DNA of 63,874 bases, the filler included, from Atractiella rhizophila (lineage: Eukaryota), in NCBI GenBank assembly GCA_021432655.1. It is 8 parts of 6 records of this genome, joined end to end, with 100 filler letters (N's around TTAATTAATTAA, not from the genome) between each part and the next. Parts side by side here need not be neighbours in the genome. Positions count along the whole stretch, not along the records: positions 1 to 12,044 come from MU271531.1; 7 more parts are not named here. One strand, 5' to 3'. The notes beneath the pieces are model-generated. The model saw only the letters and a list, made by a program, of their open reading frames with translations. It searched no databases and had not been told where the DNA came from. Position numbers and translations under genes: made by a program. This document shows, piece after piece, positions 1 to 11,994 of this stretch. Every line of letters starts with the position of its first letter. Positions within the stretch are counted from its first letter, which is position 1.

Positions 1-26
1 GAAGCTGACTTCTGGTTGCGGTACAG

Positions 27-1472
27 CTGCGTCGACGACATCAGCGTTTGGAAGCACGCCTGCCACAACCACCGCTTCTGCCTTTGGAACAACGCCAGCC
101 ACCTCGACATTTGGTACTGGACCAACGACTGGCACATCGGCATTCGGCACCACACCTGCATCAGGAACTTCAGCATTTGGCACTACGTCCGGCACCTCAG
201 CGTTTGGCAGTACGCCTGCCTCAGGAACGTCAGCATTCGGTACCACTCCTACCTCAGGCACTTCAGCCTTCGGAAGCTTCGGTGCTACACCTACTGCTGC
301 GAAACCAGCGAACGCTTTTGGGTCGTTTGGAGGTGGTCTTGGGTCAACATCTACGACTGCAAACCCGTTTGCTGCTAAGCCCACTTCGACCTTTGGAGCC
401 TTTGGAACGTCTATCACAACGCCTGCAGCTGGTTTTGGGACCAGCACTGGCCTCGGTTTAGGTGCAACACAGCCTCAGCAACCTGCGTTCGTTATTCTCA
501 CATTCATCACCTTGAAACTGAGATCCCAGCAGTGTTGCGCCGCTGAACAAGAACACAAAGTACGAAGACTTACCAGCGGAGGCAAAAAAAATAGTTGATG
601 AGATTGAGTATGCCTTTTTCGATACGGTGGAGAGCGTCTCATCCAGCTGTGTGACAGCGCTTTCATTCAAGGTCGTCTAGCCATTCGTGATGAGTTGAAA
701 GCATTCGATTTTGGAGCGACCATTCAACAAGGACGTGATAAACTGAAAGAGGTCGAAGCCGTGAGTAACTGCTCATCCCTCATTGATGTCGTACTGACAG
801 AGCGCAACAGCAATACCTTTACACAGATACTTTGCACCAGCAGTCAACGCACACAACTGCCGATTTGAAGAATACGCTGGAGCAGAACGTGCAAGATATG
901 ATCAAGACCATCAACATCGTCGATGGTGTAAAAACGCCAGCCAAGGCGGTGGCTAGCGGTCAAGTCGGGGCTGGCTTTGTAGACGAGTATGTCCCTTATT
1001 TCGACCCCGTTAAGAGTCGACTGAACCTTAATTGTTAGATATTTTCAACGGAAGACGCAAGAGTTTAAGACCCGGCTGCAGAGGTACCATTCAACTATGG
1101 AGGTACGTCCTCCATATCACTTTAACCGATTCCTTCAATTGTGGCGTAGGCTCTGGAACAACAGCTTGCCTCTGTAAGCTCAAGTAAATCCAGAAGAGCT
1201 GGAACAGTCAGCCCAGCGGCCATCGGATCCACGCTCCAAGCACAAAATCAGTCCTTTATGCTTCTGGCGTCCTCGATAGCCGATATACACGAAGAGTATA
1301 TTTTCCTCTGTAAACAGACGAAAACCTGATTGTGTTGTCTGAAAGGGTTAAGCATCTTAAGGTTGACTATCGTGAGATTTATAGGGAGAAGACTGGCCAT
1401 TTTCATGATCCCTTCGGTGTTAATGGAGAGGTGGACGTGGAGGCTGGGATGGAGGGTCTTTCGATGTCTTGA
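27..1472 (+). CDS. NUP49: FG-repeat nucleoporin, Nup49/Nup58 family (5' end outside window, multi-exon)
   Basis: Exon after the CAG acceptor at 24-26 encodes many TSAFG/STFG repeats. Later exons read PLNKNTKYEDLPAEAKKIVDEI, a coiled-coil region, and end YREKTGHFHDPFG...GLSMS* (TGA 1470-1472). The ORF track misses it because of introns. Confidence 0.75.
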
Positions 1473-2994
1473 ACATATATTGGTCAGCCGTGAATGCCAA
1501 ACCGCATTTGATACAAACGTCGCTCATACAATACTCATGTTGGGACCGCATTAAGCTATGATGGAACAAACCATTGGACGCACACAGAATGGCTTCCTTG
1601 ACAGAACATTGTAACACACAGAGCAGAGCATACTGTTAACGGGACAGCCAATGCAAAACGCTCCACCCGTACTCGAACAGAATGGAGAGGGTATGGAATT
1701 AATTGTTGCTACCACTAGAAGTTAGTGTGCCTACTCCTTGAAGTAATGCGGTTCGTAGGAGGACTGCTGAAATCATGCGGTTTGGCTTTCAATTCAAGAA
1801 GAGAAGTTCTTCTCCATCGGCTCGAAGACTCAGAGAGATTTGAAGGAACCATCCAATCAGTCATTGGAGCTGACAGCTTGGAATTGCATGCCATTTACGC
1901 CCCGAAGGCACGCAGAAATGTAACGGCTAAATTTAACGGACGGGAGGAAGTGAAGACTCGAGTCAACACTTGCCACGGAATGCGACGAATGGAAGACAAA
2001 GCAGCTAAGCTTTCGCTGGCTCAATTTATGTGGCAACCAGCATTGTGCGATCTTGATTCTAGGTGGACAGTATCGCTGCCTTCAAATGATTTCAGGTTCA
2101 AGGCAGACTCCAGTTTTCAAAGACAATCAAAAGGTGATGGGATAAAAAACAGACTCGGGTCTTCAAACCAAGCAACAAAAGGTGGTGAAGTAAATAATGG
2201 ATTTAATTGGTACATTAGTTAGAAGGTTCGAAAACAGAGACGACGCTGCTCCTTGGAAAAATTTGGGGTTAGGACTGCTTGAGCCGAGTCCTGTGTCAAA
2301 TCTCTTGAACGCAGCCCTAATTGTCCTCGTGGAGGAATGGAGTAGAAAGATGCACATCAGTGACTCGTTTCCTTGACTCGAGCTCCCACCTCTCGCTGAG
2401 AACTAGAGAGGAGCGTAAAAATGTGAATATATAAAGAGAGTATATGAGACCACTTGAGCATCACAAATCAGCCGTGGTTGTCATTTATCCAAGAGAGAGC
2501 CTTCGTGTTTCCGCTTCCATATCACTACATTACAAAATAGTTAAGAGTTAGGTGAGCACGTGAAGTTTCATTCTCTTCTAGGAAGTTGAGTGATGAGTGA
2601 TATAAACTATGGTATGATAATCTGACAAAAAGCATGATCAAAAAGCTTGAGTCGACATCGCCTGATGACTTCCTGCCTTCAGTGCCAATTGTCTTGCAGA
2701 GCATCACTAAAGTGCTTTTTCGCAGGTCATATGTGAGGCATACGAGGATTGAAGGTGAGCAACATGCGTAAGAAGTTCAGATCAAAGCAATTTCATCATT
2801 CCTATAGTGTTGCTTTCATGCAGCAGTCGGTTGGTGAAGAAAGACAAGGAAGTCACCCCTGTGACAAGAGTCGCGTGTATGGAGTGGGATGATCCCAGAT
2901 TTCGCAGGAGAGCAGAGATATCGTGAATATACCATGAGAGAAAACCGAGACGAGACGAAATGCAATGAAAAATCCAACTCACAAATATTCTGGG

Positions 2995-3819
2995 TCAGAC
3001 AACCACCAGCAAATCGCTCCTGAGTATCCATTTTGTGCCCTCTTTGACTTCCTTGCCTTCATGGAAAAGACAATCTTTTCCATGTTTATGCAAGAGCGCC
3101 GTACCCCTCTCTGTCTCCACCACAATATCAATCACATCCTTCCCCTCTTCATCTTTTGGGTAAGGTTTCTCGAGATAGAACGCAGTCTGTCCACCTTTCA
3201 CCCCGTCCTGGGTGCCGGAGAGGTAAATTAGGAGGGTCCAGGTCGTACGACAACGAAGAGGAGATGGTTGAGTAAGTGTAACGAGATTCGAATCATCATC
3301 TGTTTAATCTGTGTGGTCAGTTATCCCAAATGAGATGTCAAGAGGGCGACACTCACAGTGCTTGTCGAAAAATTGGCCTGGGACGTATCGATACACCCTG
3401 ATATTCGGATTCAGACCTACCACCTCCTTCTCCTTCACACCGTCACCCAGAATCCCCTCATTTTCTTCTCGTTCAAAGAACTCTTTCAAACCACTATCCT
3501 CCCACAATCTCCTCGCAAAGGTCTCATCATCGACCTGAAACCTATCGTTGAAGCGCACTGCTTCTCCGCGTTTTGGACGCACCGGAGTAGTCGTGAAAGG
3601 CAGAGTGGAGAGAAAGGCAATATAGGTCTTGCATAAGGACGAAGAGAACAGCGAAAGGATGGTTACGATTTGTTGAGGAAGGAGAACGTTGGCTTCGAGA
3701 TGGCCAAAGGATTTTATGGCTGGCCAATCTGGAGGTACGGCTTCCAATGCTGGGGAAGCAGCGTTGACTACCGCTTTGCCTTTCGATTTGACGTTGGTTT
3801 TCGTGGCTTTCGATGGCAT
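2995..3819 (-). CDS. Fe(II)/2-oxoglutarate dioxygenase, prolyl-4-hydroxylase-like
   Basis: MPSKATK start at 3819. Motifs: GLNPNIRVYRYVPGQFFDKH, intron, DD..TTWTLLIYL, GGQTAFY, ALLHKHG..CLFHEG..V..G.KWILRSD. These give the HxD...H iron triad and the 2OG-binding Arg. Confidence 0.85.
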
Positions 3820-4783
3820 CGTGATGTCGATGTATATTTGGTCGAGATGTTGGGGTTTGGAAAGCGGCGCACCAAGCTGGAGTTGACTTGTATAACTCTT
3901 CAACGTGTTATATTTTAGAGGTACATGGAGTTAATCCAACTCCTCTGCCTCAAAGCAAAGGTTGTTTCTTGACTGTGCGGCTCATCGGATTAGCGCGGCT
4001 TTGTCTTTCTTCCGTTCAAGAACTTGAAGCCGAAGGAGGACGACCAATGAGCAGCAATCCAAAGTGTGTATCATCTTACTACGTAGCGTCAATCTGATGG
4101 ACCTTGTTCAGATCTGTCTTCTTGGGATGGGGAGGTCTCTGCATAGGTACGTTGCCTGTTATCAAATATCCATTTGTCAACAACTAACAACGCTTGAAAC
4201 AGTGGCCGGCGCCACATTTATTGGATTTAAGAGGAACATGAACCAACGTAGGCGTGAGCAGCTGAGGCGAGAGTCAGAATCAGAATGTATGCCATCCTGT
4301 TTAAGGTCACGTGATTTACAATCATAATCATTCTCCTTTTTCAGGGCGAGAAAAGGTGCACAAAGACGAAAAACAGTCAGAAACGGTCGGGGTAGCGGCT
4401 AAGAGTCCTTCTGATCCTCCGAAAGCATAAATGATTATCTGGTTATAATGATAACTTCCAAAATGTCAATACGTGCGTTTTGATGCGGAAAATTCAATGA
4501 ACAATTGAAGAGTAACAGCGACACCATCCCTTGCTCTCTATAACATCCATTATAACCCCACGCAGCTCTCCTAAAGTCTCAAGCCTAAACATTGTTGCTT
4601 ACTGGTCACTGAAATGCGTGACGAGACAGCTGCGTACAAACAAGGCCAAGCCGCCAAAACGTCAACCAAAAAATTCCTAGCACAAAGAACGTGAACCATT
4701 TTCTGTCCCTCTCTCTCAAAACTTCCTAAGGTCAGTCATAAATTCTCAAGTCCTGTGTAACATTTACTGACCCGGTAAATAGT

Positions 4784-5530
4784 ATGTCATTCTTCGGCAG
4801 AGGCTCCTCTTCCTCCTCCAACAGCGGTACCACCTCAGCACTCTCAACCGCTAAACCAGATGTCCAAGCTCAGGCGAATGCGCTGAAGCAGGCTATTTCT
4901 CAACAGATTGGTGACTTAATTTCTGCCTCCTTACTGGAGAAAGACTGAGAAATATGTCGGATGCAGCAACGACGAACGCTCAGGTACGGATCTTTTATTG
5001 TCTTATCGTGAAAGATTCAATTGCTGAGGGGTGCGGATGACTAGGGACTTATTGATGTGAGTCCTCCGCTATCCATTTCATTGAGTATTTTTGACACGAA
5101 CTGGCGCCAGGCCGTAAACCACAAATGGTTAGTCACCCCAGTTCTGCTCGATGTATCTCTCATCCTCAATCCAATTAGTTTTCAAAAATGCGTAACGAAG
5201 CCTTCTGACAAGCTAAGCTCATCGGAGGAGGTTTGCACTCTATCTTCGCATACCTAATTATGTCCTAAGGGTTTGTGCTTTAGGGGTGCCTGGATCGTTG
5301 CATGCAACGCTATCTCGAAGCTTGTGCGTTGCTTCTATTTCTTTTCAGCCGTCATAACTGACATTGAATTCTTCAACCTACAGACGACATAATCAATCGT
5401 ACCTAGTTAGTCTCTCCCTTAATGCAGAGCAAATGAAACTGAATGCACGATTAGTATGGCTCGTGTTGCGAAGGAGCGGGATGTCCAGCGATTCGCCCCT
5501 GCTGGCAATGCAGATGACGAGTTTCTCTGA
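4784..5530 (+). CDS. TIM13: Mitochondrial intermembrane-space small Tim chaperone Tim13 (8 coding exons)
   Basis: Manual splicing gives MSFFG...ALKQAISQQIATTNAQGLIDAVNHKCFQKCVTKPSDKLSSSEEGCLDRCMQRYLEAYDIINRTYMARVAKER...*, with a twin CX3C motif. Confidence 0.9.
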
Positions 5531-5774
5531 ACCTACATCATCAATATCCTTTTAATTCGTGATACATTCATTCCCATAGGTAATACTCTTGGAATAATAT
5601 GTTCACCCTTCTGACATTTATTCTGCTGTGCTACGCATGGGGGTCTGCCCTGATCATTTACACCTCCAATTTACTTCCTTGCCTCCCTTCGATTTCCTAC
5701 ATTCGAACTGACCTAGTAACATAGCGTTGGCGATTTTATATCCGCCATGCAGCATCTCTGCTATTCCACAATTG

Positions 5775-6839
5775 TTACCGACCGGGAATGTTGTCCGCTA
5801 TTCGCAAAAGTGAATCCCAGAGCTCTTTCTCCTTCACTTTCTGCGCTGCTGCACTCCTACTACTTCCAACAGAGGCAAAATCGAGCATCATGTCGTCATT
5901 TTCTCCCTCCTCGCCTTCATGACGAAACAGCAAACGCTCCAATCGCTTGAGTTCAGCTTCAATGACTGGGCGGCGTCTAGACACGACAGTTATAAGTTCT
6001 TGGTTGATGAATAAAGGGAAACGAACTCCTTCAGCTCATTTAATCTTGTGCGTCGAGAAGCGATTTGCGAGCGCATCATCTCCTCCAGTTGTCGTTCTGC
6101 CTATTGTAACGCTCTTCAGCGAGTGGAAAGATGGCGAGAAAAGTTGGAATGGAAGCACCTGTGCAGGTCGTAGTTCGTTCAGAAGTTGGTGCATGTTGAT
6201 AGCTACGATCCGTAAATGTTCCAACTCTCTGTCCGACGAATTGATGGTGGGCACATCCGTCGTAGCTTCATACCAAGCGTAAACCGAGCTATAAAAGACA
6301 AAGAAAGATGGAAACGAACGGGGAAGCCCTGGGCCTGCAAGTATGGAAGAGAGGAGTTCGTTCCATGTCCTCAGGAGGGTGTTGAGAAGTGAACGGAGGA
6401 TGATGCGCCTGTCTGCTCCACAATAGCTTCAAGTTAGGTGACGGACAACAGAATGTCTGAGCATACCTGTGCCCTCTTTCCTCTGGAAGAGCTGTGGCAC
6501 TCCCATACTCTCCAGTGTCTCCTCTTGAGTCTTTATCTGTTCCATAAAGGTTGAGAGAACGTCTTAGGGATGAAGTGACAGGACACGAACAGGCCATCTC
6601 TCGCCAAACACCTCCCACGCTCCCTCTTCCACGATCCACTCCTGCTTCGGCGGCTGCAGTTCATGCAGCGGAAAAGTTACGTCTTCTCCATCCGCATTGG
6701 AGTACGAACCCTGCGCGTCTGGCTCTGGAGGATGCGAGGAGGTGAGCTTGGAGAGGTTGGCTTCCGTGTAGCGCAGATAGTACGACGGCGGTTCCGGGAA
6801 AGGGGAGGTAACGTTTGAGAGATCCTCTTCAGGGTCCAT
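5775..6839 (-). CDS. MED7: Mediator complex subunit 7
   Basis: SPFPEPPSYY, LQPPK.EWIVEEG.WEVFGERWP, LEHLRIVAINMHQLLNELRPAQ spliced to AERQLEEMMRSQI are MED7 hallmark blocks. Confidence 0.88.
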
Positions 6840-7012
6840 ACTGTTAGTTCAAATCATGCGCTAGGACTTCAATTCTTTCTTGTGAGAACTTGACTTGGGC
6901 TGGCGACACGTGACCACGACAGCTCCACGCCAAATTTCTTGTGAACCACCATTGCTGCTTGCTTCTGTGCGTTATTGATGTTCTGTTGATAGTATCGTAA
7001 TATTCGTATATC

Positions 7013-9522
7013 ATGCTAATTCGACCTCTCCTCCGTACCTCCAAACGCCTTCTGCACTCCGCTCCCAGATTCTCCGCTGCCGACACAGAACTACTTGCAA
7101 TCCTCGACAGCCGCTCATCACCAGCTCCCAAGTCTTCCATCGATCCCACACGCACGACTGGTCTTTTCGGACACTCACGCTTACGCACGCCAGCCGATTT
7201 CCCAGCTGTAGCACGATGGACGGGGCAACGTGTAGCTGGAATCGTCGAAGGCATCTGTCGGGACTTTGACACGCTTTACACCCCTTCAACTGCCAACCAA
7301 GCACCACGGTTCCAGGAGCAGACCAGAGATCCATTGCTCGCTTCTCTGGATATAAGGCAACAGCTTTTCACCATCGTGGCGAGGCTGGATAAGGTCTCAG
7401 ACCTGCTGTGTGGCGTTATCGACCTTGCAGAGCTCGTGAAGAACGTACATCCTTCTCAGGAATGGGTGGAAGCGAGCGAAGTAGCGCATGCTGAGTTGCA
7501 TAACTATATGAATGTTTTGAATACCCATGTTGGGCTCCATCGAGTTCGTCTTCTGCTTCTCCTCTTCCTTTAACCTCAGACAAATGTTGATGAAGAGAAA
7601 GCCAGGCGCTCAAACGGATAATCAATTCTATTCCGTTCCCTTCTTCCGACACCGCAGACCCGGAGCTCTTCAACACCTACACCATCGCTCTCCAATTCCT
7701 GAGAGACTTCGAGAAGTCTGGCATTCACCTTCCCCCACATCAGCGTGAGCTCTTCGTGCAAGAATCCGACACGATTTCTTTCTTAGGACAAGATATCATG
7801 GAGATTCCGTACAGACGTCGATCTGCGCAAGTTGAGCTGGACCTTGGGAATGGTGGGAAGAAAATGCGGCTACGAAGGGACGGGAGCCAAATCCACGGGC
7901 TGCGCTATGGTGATGATGAGAGAGTGAGGAAGGCAGCATACCTCGCTGTCCATAAAGCAGAACCAGAAGATTTAGAGACTTTAGAGGAGATGTTAAGAAA
8001 GAGATGCGAGGTTGCAAGATTGGTGGGATATGAGAATTGGGCAGAGTTGACTCTGCATGATAAAATGGCGAAGACCCCAGGTTCGTCTCCAGTTTCACCG
8101 CTCCTTTGATCTGTTAACACGACCATTGGGGGTACCAGAGAATGTCAACTCCTTCCTGAATGCCATCTCCACGTCCATCCTCCCTCAAGCGACATCAGAG
8201 CTGTCCATCCTCCAGCGACTAAAACAATCAACACAACACCTCTCTTCCCCTCCACCGGTATACCCATGGGATCGCGACTATCTGACCAATTTATTCCTCA
8301 CCGCAACCACCTCACCAAAAGACGCAAATATCGAAGAAGAGCTCAGCGCCTACTTTTCACTCGGTACTGTCTTCCGCGCTCTTTCTCACCTCTTCCAATC
8401 CATTTATGGACTGCGCTTCGAACTCCAGTCTCCTCTGTTAGGGGAGACGTGGGATCCCTCTGTCCTCAAGCTTTCGATGTTGGATGACAAAGATGAGAAG
8501 GTTGGGACGGTCTATCTGGATCTGTTTTGGAGGGAGGGGAAGAATTCTGCGCCGGCTCACTACACAGTGACATGTTCAAGGAGGACGGACCTGGATCTCT
8601 CTTCTGGATCTGCTGCAGAAGCAGAAGACGAAGGAGGATTGAATGCTGAACACGTAAAGAAGAAGGGGGAGGAGGGAACCTACCAGCTACCGGTTGTGGT
8701 GCTTGTTTGTGGATTCGGAAGGTCTAAGAGGGAGGGAAAGAATGTAGTTCTGCTCAAGTGGGGAGAGGTAGAGACATTGTTCCACGAGATGGGACATGCT
8801 ATTCATTGTTTGTACCCTCACTTTCTCCACCCCTGAGCTGGACGCTGATGTGCACATTCTCGACAGCGATGATTGGTCAAACCCCATACCACAACTCATC
8901 CGGCACCCGGGTCGCAACAGACTTTGTCGAACTCCCTTCAATCCTAATGGAGCACTTTCTATCCTCTCCCCCCATCCTCTCCCTCTTCACACACTTCTCC
9001 AACCAATCACCCCTTCCCCTCCCCAAACTCCAAACCTATAAAAAGCAGCATCGCACATTCCCAGCCCTGGAGGACACTTGGCAAATCACGCTCGCCGACC
9101 TCGACCTAGAATACCACTCGTCCCTCCCCCTCTCCCCATCCTTCGACTCAACCTCTACATTCTCCCGCGTCCAAAACTCTCGATATCCCATCCCGCACGC
9201 CGCGGGCACTCACCACCAAACCCAGTTCTCCCATCTTGTCGGATACGGCGCTACCTATTATTCGTACATCTTTGACCGCGCCATCGCTTCGAGACTTTTT
9301 CATAAAATCTTCGATAACAGTCCGTTGGACAGAGAGAGTGGGGAGTGGTTCAAAGAGAAACTCCTCAGGTGGGGGAGCGCAAGGGATCCGTGGAAGTTGG
9401 TCGCTGATGCGCTTGGACCGGGAGAGGAGGCGGAGAGAGTTAGAAGCGGAGATGAGAAGGCGATGGAGGAGGTGGGAAGGTGGGGAGTGGAGTTGGCGAA
9501 GGCGAATAGCGTACAGCGTTGA
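7013..9522 (+). CDS. OCT1: Mitochondrial intermediate peptidase (M3A metallopeptidase)
   Basis: Basic presequence MLIRPLLRTSKR. Motifs LDKVSDLLCGVIDLAE, DKMAKTP, TLFHEMGHAIH (HExxH), SGTRVATDFVELPSILMEHF and FSHLVGYGATYYSY. Confidence 0.95.
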
Positions 9523-9819
9523 TCGCTACTGAGGTATTCATATGGAGCAGCTAGTGTGAAGCATTAAATAGAGATGGTAATTTCAAAGACAGAGTGCATA
9601 TGAACAAATTCCTGGGCAGCATATGAGCGGCATATGAATGAGTAGGCATGAATGAATCTCGGAGAAATATCGAAGAGCAAACAACCAAGACAACTGACGA
9701 AAGGAACAAATTACAGAGCGAGGTAAGGTTACGATTTTCAGAGGAAAGAGGCGAGGTAGGAAAGAGAGAGACAAACAACAAGAACAATAAGGCGGTGTAT
9801 ACGAACGTTTCAACAACTA

Positions 9820-11136
9820 TCAACTTTGCATCTCCACTCTCTGCATCTGTTGAGAGAGTCCGGCGTCCCAAACCACAGCAGGCGACGTTGGCCAGAGGCT
9901 GCCACTACCACTTCCGCTCCTCCCATTCAAGCTTAATCTCACCTCTCCGTTTCCATTTCCACCGCCCACGCCGTCCGAACTCCCACTAGACGAATTGAGG
10001 CGTCTCAACAAGTCTCTACCCTCTTCCAAGAACCGACTCAACCTCCTGCTCTCCTCCTCTGCCCTTCCGATAGAACGCTCGAGCTCTTCCTTAAACCGCT
10101 CCTTATCATCGTCTCCCATCCCATTACTGCTGTTCATTGCTTGATGATGCAAAGGCAGCATAGCTGAAGCTACGGCGGCCAGTTCTGGCAAAGTGTTCGA
10201 AGGAGAACGACGTTCTTGAGGTTGGATTTGAGCGAGGGGTTGGAGGTGCGATTTTGGTTGGAATTGAGGCTCGGGTTGGAGTTGTTGAGCAGCAGGAGAT
10301 TTGCGTCTCCGGATAGAGGGATCAATGACTTCTGATGATGTCGAAGTGGATGATGGGGAGAGACGAGCTGAAGAAGTTTGTTGGCGAGCGTACGTTTGCG
10401 GTGGTGGGTAAGGAGTATAGGTAGCGTGCTGCTTCTGATAAATGTTCCATCAGCATATCACGTTGGTAGTTTCGGGGAGGCGAGGAAAGAGAAATATAGC
10501 TCACTTTCGGGGTCTGAGATTGTGAGGCTGAGTTGGCGGCTGGAACTCTTTTGCGACGTTTTATAACCGGTCGTTTCATGTTTACAGGACGATGTTTGCG
10601 ATGGAGCTGTTCGACCAATACAATCACTTCAAATTCAATTAAGACCACTCAGAGAGCCAACCTTATAATACAGACCTGAAGTCCCTCGTAAGCTTTTAAT
10701 AATAATATCAAAGAAGAAACGTACCACAGGCATTACAGGCAACCCTACCTTCTCCATCCCTCCTCCACAATGGAGTATTGAACGTCCCACAATTTTCACA
10801 ACACATCGGGGCAACTTTTCCAGGAGCAGCGGCTGACGAAGCACTCACGCTGTCTCCAGCCTCAGCATCCTCCATCAACTGGTCTTCTCCCATCTCCTCA
10901 GCGCTCATACTGCCCTCCGGGGTCTGCATCCCATTACTTCGCTTTTCTGCTGACCCCGGTCCAGAAACAGGAACAAGCCGTCCAGAATTGTTGAAACTTG
11001 GGCATCCCCGACATTGCGGTGCTCCTCCTTTCCCATTGCAAAGCCCATCTCCGGGACAGGATCCCAGCGGCGGTTCGTCTGGGAGCGACTTGCTGGCAAG
11101 AATGGCTGGTGACGGTGCTGGGGTGAGAACTGGCAT
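9820..11136 (-). CDS. Iron-responsive GATA transcription factor, SreA/Urbs1/Cir1 family (single zinc finger)
   Basis: Cys-rich region [28 protein letters not shown] finger [48 protein letters not shown], and a C-terminal coiled coil. Confidence 0.88.
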
Positions 11137-11201
11137 TTTGCAGAATTTTGATTTGGGCCGAGAAGTTGTTAGTCGTAGGGGTGGGTAGGTAGAGCAGGGG
11201 C

Positions 11202-11358
11202 CCAATCTGATAGAAAGGATTGAAAACGATAAGAATCAGAAATTGTAGGATTGGGATTGGTCGTGCAGATATGCAAGATATGCCACGCACGAATGGGCGG
11301 AGATTGCCCAAACAAACGCAGCCAATCAGAGTTGCCCTGTTATGTGCCATCTTATCAG
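11202..11358. promoter_or_regulatory. Cluster of CCAAT boxes and GATA-type sites upstream of the iron GATA factor
   Basis: CCAAT at 11202 and 11322 (+), ATTGG at 11250 and 11256. GATA cores at ~11209 (ATCTGATAG), ~11228 (GATAAG) and ~11351 (CTTATCA). Confidence 0.55.
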
Positions 11359-11994
11359 GAGCAGAGAAGCTGTCTTTGGTCCAGTGTAAGAGAGTCAAAG
11401 GTATCCTAGCAGTTTTATCAACAAAGAAGTCGTCATTTCGATATATCGCGGTGTCGGGCGAGTGTATTGTTCTGAGGAATATTAGGACAGGCCGTTCTGA
11501 TTGTCTCCGTGAACAGTCAGTATTTTTTCCTTGATTTTGTGCAGGAAAGGGTGCAAGGTGGGATCGATGTATATTCTCAACTGCTGTTGAACTTCTCCAT
11601 CACAGACTTGAGATGAGGTGGCCCAATTTTGCATTCCGGAAGTTTACCTACCTTCACGTACGTTGGTGGGAGTGGGTTCCAGAGAGCCTCCATCCATATT
11701 CCTAAGAGGAATATCAGTGCTACCTGTGACAGAGCCGTCTAGAGAGCTGAACTGCAAAGCAGCATAGTTAGGGAGCTTGATCTCTACATCGCTGATTGGA
11801 AGTCCCCGAGGGCAACCACAGGCGCTTGATGTAGGATGAATCTGCATGCGTAACTCACGGAGCTAGTCTGATGTGACTGATGCTAGAACAATCCAACCTC
11901 ACATCTTCTCTTCTCTCAAATCTGTCACAATAAATACTACCAACACCAACCGTCTACTTCAACAACGCGATCCAATCCATTGCTATCGCCTCCA

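Noticed and set aside
27..470. Regularly spaced CAGC(A/G)TT(T/C)GG repeats resembling an array
   Set aside because: They encode the SAFG repeats of the nucleoporin. Not CRISPR or satellite DNA.
1725..2222. 165-aa ORF in the nucleoporin/oxygenase spacer
   Set aside because: Non-ATG start, no motifs or recognisable composition. Treated as spurious.
2465..2530. Possible C/D snoRNA on the minus strand (AGTGATA...CTGA)
   Set aside because: Degenerate C box and only about 7 nt of complementarity to rRNA that I could recall. Insufficient support.
7013..9522. MIP/OCT1 as a marker of the homeodomain mating-type locus
   Set aside because: MIP flanks HD genes in many Agaricomycetes, but here its neighbours are MED7 and a GATA factor, and I see no homeodomain (WFxNxR) or pheromone/receptor ORF.
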